From Octopus bimaculoides (Eukaryota), in the NCBI RefSeq assembly GCF_001194135.2, contig NC_068989.1:77477543-77533565 (forward strand): 56,023 nucleotides of DNA, given 5' to 3'. The position numbers and the translations under genes are program-made. Under the pieces are notes generated by a model that saw only the letters and a list, made by a program, of their open reading frames with translations, had not been told where the DNA came from and searched no databases. Shown here piece after piece: positions 49,634 through 56,023 of this stretch (position 1 is the first letter of the stretch; each line of letters opens with the position of its first letter).

Positions 49634-50604
49634 ATCCCTCTATTTACATAATATCGAGGTCTCATTCATTCTTTTGTTGTCGTATTATATTTATCAATAT
49701 ATACAACTGATGGACGATACAAAGGCGGACAGGAGAAACAACAATTAGAAGGATAGGCAAAACAAAAGAATACAGGTCATTCGTGGCCTTCTTTTATCCG
49801 TCAAGTATACTAGAGGTCCTTACTGTTTCGGGCAGTTACACTTGAGACAGTTCGATCTGGTTGCCCTCCCAAAAGTCTAAGCTAATAACATTAGACCCCT
49901 TTGTAAGAAAGCTAGAGAATGTGTACGACAACAAAGATCAAAAACAGAGGACATGGTACACTTTTACAAATACAAACAAGAAATAACAACAGGTGTCTTT
50001 CGACTGAGAACGAATCAAATTGAGCTGGCGTGTATGAAGTGAAAGCCTAAACGCAGCAACATAGGAGATGGACATAAGAGGTGCTGGTGTTCGGCAGTCA
50101 GGCCACAAAAGATCATCGCTGGCCGGACACCGGTCACGTGGAAGGAGGAGAGAGGGGTACGTGCAGCTTGTTTGAAGGATTAGAAAAAAAAAACAGACAA
50201 AGGGAAAAGTAGAGGGGAGATAAACGAGGGGAAAAAGTAGGAGTTAAAGAAAGAGAGGGACAAGAAATGTGAGAAAGGGAGTGGGAAGGAGAAAAAGAAA
50301 AGAGGAAGAAAGTATGAGGGGAACTAAAAGATAGAGTAAGAGTCCCACATAATTTAGATACATTCCTATCATAAGGTGAGCACAAGTGTGTAGGTACGCC
50401 GCTATATGTATACATAAATATAAAAACAAATGGAACAAAAACGCAATAGAGGACAATAAGTATATATATATACCAAGGAATGTATAAAAGGAACACAACA
50501 GACGACTGATAACTTTTAGAGAAATTTAACAAACGGTGAATTTATCGAAACCGTAGTACATGGAAAATTCGTAGCTGATTCCTCATCAGTCAATGTCATA
50601 TACA

Positions 50605-50671
<67 letters not shown>

Positions 50672-51654
50672 NNNNNNNNNNNNNNNNNNNNNNNNNNNNN
50701 NNNNNNNNNNNNNNNNNNNNNNNNNNNNNNNNNNNNNNNNNNNNNNNNNNNNNNNNNNNNNNNNNNNNNNNNNNNNNNNNNNNNNNNNNNNNNNNNNNNN
50801 NNNNNNNNNNNNNNNNNNNNNNNNNNNNNNNNNNNNNNNNNNNNNNNNNNNNNNNNNNNNNNNNNNNNNNNNNNNNNNNNNNNNNNNNNNNNNNNNNNNN
50901 NNNNNNNNNNNNNNNNNNNNNNNNNNNNNNNNNNNNNNNNNNNNNNNNNNNNNNNNNNNNNNNNNNNNNNNNNNNNNNNNNNNNNNNNNNNNNNNNNNNN
51001 NNNNNNNNNNNNNNNNNNNNNNNNNNNNNNNNNNNNNNNNNNNNNNNNNNNNNNNNNNNNNNNNNNNNNNNNNNNNNNNNNNNNNNNNNNNNNNNNNNNN
51101 NNNNNNNNNNNNNNNNNNNNNNNNNNNNNNNNNNNNNNNNNNNNNNNNNNNNNNNNNNNNNNNNNNNNNNNNNNNNNNNNNNNNNNNNNNNNNNNNNNNN
51201 NNNNNNNNNNNNNNNNNNNNNNNNNNNNNNNNNNNNNNNNNNNNNNNNNNNNNNNNNNNNNNNNNNNNNNNNNNNNNNNNNNNNNNNNNNNNNNNNNNNN
51301 NNNNNNNNNNNNNNNNNNNNNNNNNNNNNNNNNNNNNNNNNNNNNNNNNNNNNNNNNNNNNNNNNNNNNNNNNNNNNNNNNNNNNNNNNNNNNNNNNNNN
51401 NNNNNNNNNNNNNNNNNNNNNNNNNNNNNNNNNNNNNNNNNNNNNNNNNNNNNNNNNNNNNNNNNNNNNNNNTATATATATATATATATATATATATTAC
51501 AGTATGTAATTTTACATATGTATGAATATGTGTATATATGTATGTATTTTGCTTATTCAATGTGGTTTTGAAGCACTCTCAATCGTTTTTATGTTAAGAT
51601 TTCTAAGCCTGCTAAGCCAAGTAATAATTAAAATGCTTATGATATGTGCAGATA

Positions 51655-51770
51655 TGTTTATGTTGTTCAGAAGCTCGCTATGCAACCACGAAGCTTCAGG
51701 TTCAGTCCGAATGCTGGGCACCTTGAGCAAGTGTCTTCTACTATAGCATCAGATTCATCAATCCATCGTA
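51655..51770 (+). mobile_element. SINE family B 5' fragment
   Basis: GGTTCAGTCC..GGCACCTTGAGCAAGTGTCTTCTACTATAGC. Confidence 0.7.
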
Positions 51771-51783
51771 TATATAATAAACT

Positions 51784-51889
51784 TGTTAAAGAGGACAGCA
51801 AACATTAAGGCAAGGCAAACATCCAATAATAACATTGTATACGACTTGCGATGTTTACTCTGCCTTAATGTTTGTTGTCCTCTTTAACA
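51784..51889. other. 40-bp-arm hairpin with a 26-nt loop
   Basis: TGTTAAAGAGGACAGCAAACATTAAGGCAAGGCAAACATC versus the reverse complement of the right arm TGTTAAAGAGGACAACAAACATTAAGGCAGAGTAAACATC (36/40). Confidence 0.9.
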
Positions 51890-52033
51890 CGTCTATATCC
51901 GCTGCATCTTAAATCTGCAATGGCTCCATAACTACCGTCTCGGTTATAACCTTAGAGCCCTAGTAATCCGTTACAGCAATTACCTAGCGTACCTAATTGC
52001 TTAGATCACCTGTGAACTAAACCCCCATAATTT

Positions 52034-52070
<37 letters not shown>

Positions 52071-52164
52071 CAAGAGGGTTAGAGGTTGTGAATCCGGCCA
52101 ATTAAGGGATATCTATCCAATATACTGCTGGGAGAATACCCAATTATTAATAAACAAGTGTGCA

Positions 52165-52442
52165 GGTGCTCCACGAGGCTCCGGCAGGGGATAGTGGCGA
52201 ACCCTGCTGTACTCTTTCACCACAAGTTTCTCTCACTCTTACTTCCTATTTCTGTTGTGCCTGTAATTCAAAAAGCCAGCCTTGTCACACTGTGTCACGC
52301 TGAATATCCTCGAGTACTACGTTAAATGTAAACGTGTCTGTGGAGTGCTCAGCCACTTGCACATTAATTTCATGAGCAGGCTGTTCCGTTGATCGGATCA
52401 ACTGGAAACCTCATTGTCGTATGCGACGGAGTGCCAACAACA
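52165..52442 (+). mobile_element. 5'-truncated SINE family C
   Basis: Colinear with 53350-53628, from GCTCCACGAG to GGAGTGCCAACAAC. Confidence 0.9.
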
Positions 52443-52954
52443 AATGCACAAGTGTTTTTTTCATTGCATGGCAATTACACTACTGCATGTAATAAATGGG
52501 TGAGGGTATAAAGTTTTTTTTACTATTAATTTATACAGCAACAAGAAAATGGAGGGGATCAAGAGGTGGTATTCATCAACTTTTAGACATTGTATTATGC
52601 CTATTTATTTATTTAGAAAAAAACAATTATAACAATATACATACATGTATAACATATTGTGCATTACATATATAATATATAAAAATACCAGCAATTATTA
52701 AAATATGTAACGTAGAACATAGAAAGTAGGATAGTGTCCTACTTTCTATGCTCTACGTTATATATTTTAATAATTACTGCTATTTTTATATATTATATAT
52801 GTAAGGAACAACATATTATACATGTATGTATATTGTTATATTTGTTTTGTCTTTTAATAAATAGACATAATATGTCTAAAAGTTGATGAATGCCACCTCT
52901 TTATCCCCTCCCTTTTCTTATTGCTGTATATGTATATATACTGCATTGCTGTAT

Positions 52955-53009
<55 letters not shown>

Positions 53010-53241
53010 TGAATGTATGCACTGTATTTTTTTGTTTCTCAAATACTCATAGATCTTGACAACCGATGTTGGTTTGTTTATGTCTCCTGTCCGGCACATG
53101 AACCCACGGAATAATTACCAGACTTGAAAATATGTACTGATGGTCAATTTTTGCGATTAAACCTTTCCAGCATGGACTCGGCCTAGCGACAGAAACAAGG
53201 AAATGGTAACAAATATTTACGGTGATAGTGATATTTCTCAT

Positions 53242-53630
53242 GTGGAGACGCAATGGCCCAATGGTTAGAGCAACGGACTCGCGGTCATAGGATCGCGGTT
53301 TCGATTCCCAGACCGGGCGTTGTGAGTGTTTATTGAGCGAAAACACCTAAAGCTCCACGAGACTTCGGCAGGGGATGGTGGCGAACCCTGCTGTACTCTT
53401 CCACCACAACTTTCTCTCACTCTTTCTTCCTGGTTCTGTTGTACCTGTATTTCAAAAAAAGGGCCAGCCTTGTCACACTGTGTCACGCTGAATATCTCCG
53501 AGAACTACGTTAAGAGTACACGTGTCTGTGGAGTGCTCAGCCACTTGCACGTTAATTTCACGAGCAGGCTGTTCCGTTGATCGGATCAACTGGAACCCTC
53601 GATGTCGTAAGCGACGGAGTGCCAACACAC
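53242..53630 (+). mobile_element. full-length SINE family C with a perfect 12-bp TSD
   Basis: tRNA-like head (TGGCCCAATGGTTAG, GGTTTCGATTCC); GATATTTCTCAT at 53230-53241 and 53631-53642. Confidence 0.95.
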
Positions 53631-53789
53631 GATATTTCTCATAAATACAAAATCTTAAAACACCATTGGAAACGCGTTTTTAAATTTTTGACAACATAAC
53701 AGCTTTAAGCGAGGAAATCTTTTGTGTAAAGCATTCATTCATCTATTTCCTCCGAACACTTTTCCTAGAATCCTCGGGAACCTCTACTC

Positions 53790-54135
53790 TAGGATATTAT
53801 CAGAAGCCGCTGTCATTGTCCTTTCAGGCCGGATTTCCGAGTGTGACTACCTGAGACTATGGATATTATCTATCCAACTTTTTTTTTTTTTCGTGTACCC
53901 CTATGTTTCCTGCTGGTTGGCTCGACTGGAAGTATCCTTCTTGCGATTCTCTACTGCATCTTACACCAGAGCTATGACTCCTCAGAGTGGAAAAGTAGCG
54001 GTTCGACCTGACGAAATTCTCCGACAGCCGAGTTATTCACTTTGTCGAGTAACGTTACTCCAGAGATATCACGGTAAAACCGCATTTCGATCGCTTGTAT
54101 TTGCAATCCTAGTATTTCGGTCATCTCCAACGTTC
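53790..54135 (-). pseudogene. RTE-type LINE ORF2 C-terminal fragment
   Basis: TLEMTEILGLQIQAIEMRFYRDISGVTLLDKVNN..VEPLL..S*LW..RIARRIL..P..K.RGTRKKKSWIDNI fits the IQAFEMRFLRRI.G.T..D.V.N ... RGRP..RW.D pattern of RTE-like ORF2. Confidence 0.8.
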
Positions 54136-55036
54136 ATTAGTAAATGGCTAGTACTTTAATATACCAAGAAATCAGACCAGGGAATAATATAAGGACAAAT
54201 TCAAACAAACCGATGAAAAGAAAATGCATAAGCAATTAGAAGTATAGAAACCACAGATGTAGCAAACACACTATCGCTACAGCATGGTTATAAATATGAT
54301 ATTAAAACACTCATAAAACAGATTACAGTATGTATGACACCTAACCATAATCTCATAGCTGAAATATATTACGAAAACGCGGGAATAAAAAAATTCTGTT
54401 TCTCAACAAAAAAGTTATAAACTATCCAAGCAGACAACGTAGCTCATACGACGAATGTTTAGTATGCTAAGGTAAGAAGATTACACTTTCAGCTTGGCAT
54501 ATATATGTGGGCGTATGTGTGTGTACGTGCTTGTGAGCCCTCTGTTACTTATAAATGTATCAAACAAAAGACATTTTCTTTTAACCGAAGACACATCATG
54601 GACTGATTAGCAAACAAACATTGAAGACCTTATATAGGCAGAAAGCTAGAGAAGTAGATAAGTAAAAGGCTAGGTGAGGTGAAGTTGGCGATAGTGATAG
54701 GAATAAAAGGGACGATGTTGTGTAAATGTAGGACTTCTATCCCCATCAAGACTAACAATGAATACAATGGCCATCACTCTTTAATCACTTTTACAATTTC
54801 TACTATCACCCCACCTTGTCTCTATGTTCCTTCTTTCTATCTAAACTACGTAAACTGTCACCGATGTGTCTTCAAACGAAACAGTATGCCTTCTTCTGGT
54901 TTAAGTGTCTTTAATAAACCATATTAATACTCACTCCCACCTATTTGAGTTCTTTAGTGTTAAGTGGCTTAATCAACTTCATCTGGACAGGTAAGCTCAA
55001 GAATTATTTACGTAACCACATACGTGTGCACACATA

Positions 55037-55457
55037 CTCTTTATTCTTTTACTCTTTTACTTCTTTCAGTCATTTGACTGCGGCCATGCTGGAGCACCGC
55101 CTTTAGTCGAGCAAATCGACCTCAGGACTTATTCTTTGTAAGGCTAGAGTACTTATTCTTTAGGTCCCTTTTTGCCGAACCGCTAATTTACGGGGATGTA
55201 AACACACCAGCATCGGTTGTCAAGCGATAGTGCGGGGGACAAACACAGACACACAAATACACATACATACACACATATATATATACATATATACGACGGG
55301 CTTCTTTCAGTTTCCGTCTACCAAATCCACTCACAAGGCTTTGGTCGGCCCGAAGCTATAGTAAAAGACACTTGCCCAAGGTGCCACGCAGTGGGACTGA
55401 ACCCGGAACCATGTGGTTGGTAAGCAACCTACTTACCACATAGCCACTCCTGCACCT
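55037..55457 (-). mobile_element. full-length, well-preserved SINE family B
   Basis: Reverse complement: AGGTGCAGGAGTGGCTATGTGGTAAG..GGTTCAGTCCC..CCTTGGGCAAGTGTC..(TA/TG)n..GGCGGTGCTCCAGCATGGCCGCAGTCAAATGACTGAAAG + (TAAAAGAG)-like tail. Confidence 0.95.
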
Positions 55458-55854
55458 ATACATAAATATATTATGCATTACATAGGCTAAATCAGAACTG
55501 AAATAAATATATTTAAACATTACAGAATCACTATGAATGAAACATGAATGTATAAGCAGAAGTTATTTTGCACGTTAATAGCACAGGAATAATGTATTTA
55601 TGCCAAACGTAAATGTTTACATGCATATATTGAGTTGAATCATTGATGTAACCATAACTTTCTGGTGATCAGATGAGCTAGTTTTCTTTATTTGCATTTA
55701 TTTTTAAATATATAGTTCTATCGTATGAAGCAGAGCCTGAATATTAATGCAAACATACGAGCATAATTTCTTCTACTCAAAAATTCTTATGACACGAAAA
55801 ACGCTGCGAAACGGCTGTAATCCAAAGAATATGTGGAGTACATAAACAGCCGAA

Positions 55855-56001
55855 AACTGATGAAGGGTCGTTCTTTATGTTATTTGTCTTGTTTTTCCAT
55901 TTGTTTCTTTCGTTGTTCGCCAAAAAATATGCGCATTCCATGTTTTCGTATTTCGTGGTTTCATATTTCTTGTTGTGTACGTTTTGTAACGTCCTGTACC
56001 C
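55855..56001 (+). repeat. unclassified repeat (CTGATGAAGG..AACGTCCTGTACCC family)
   Basis: Shares its start CTGATGAAGG and end TAACGTCCTGTACCC with the minus-strand copy at about 14295-14390. Confidence 0.55.
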
Positions 56002-56023
56002 ATATATATATATATATATATAT

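Noticed and set aside
53242-53320. tRNA-like sequences (also 37070-37148, 18940-19002, 55390-55457)
   Set aside because: They have A/B boxes but no complete cloverleaf, and they continue into SINE bodies with TSDs.

Overview
AT-rich, repeat-saturated eukaryotic (intronic or intergenic) draft-assembly DNA with many N gaps, most of them abutting (CA)n/(TA)n microsatellites. The repeat content fits an octopus genome best (inference from SINE families and microsatellite load, not verified). No intact protein-coding gene, tRNA, rRNA or CRISPR array can be supported, and nearly all listed ORFs are microsatellite or N artefacts. What is recognisable is a layered mobilome: at least four tRNA-derived SINE families (called A-D here) that appear to swap head and tail modules; LINE remnants (CR1/L2-group 3' end, R4/Dong-type RT, RTE-type C-terminus); an internally deleted Chapaev3-like DNA transposon; two mariner-derived MITEs; a Helitron 3' end; and a long-TIR element with telomere-like repeats nested in a SINE. 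The most interesting structures are two minimal hammerhead-ribozyme-like motifs (34863, 47011), two long inverted repeats (45971, 51784; the second has pri-miRNA-like geometry), a covarying 3' stem-loop shared by a LINE and a SINE, and two adjacent SINE clusters of opposite polarity (38.2-40.1 kb all minus, 41.6-44.9 kb all plus). A few candidate small exons are listed at low confidence. Coordinates of degenerate repeats are approximate and family names come from motif recall, not a database search.
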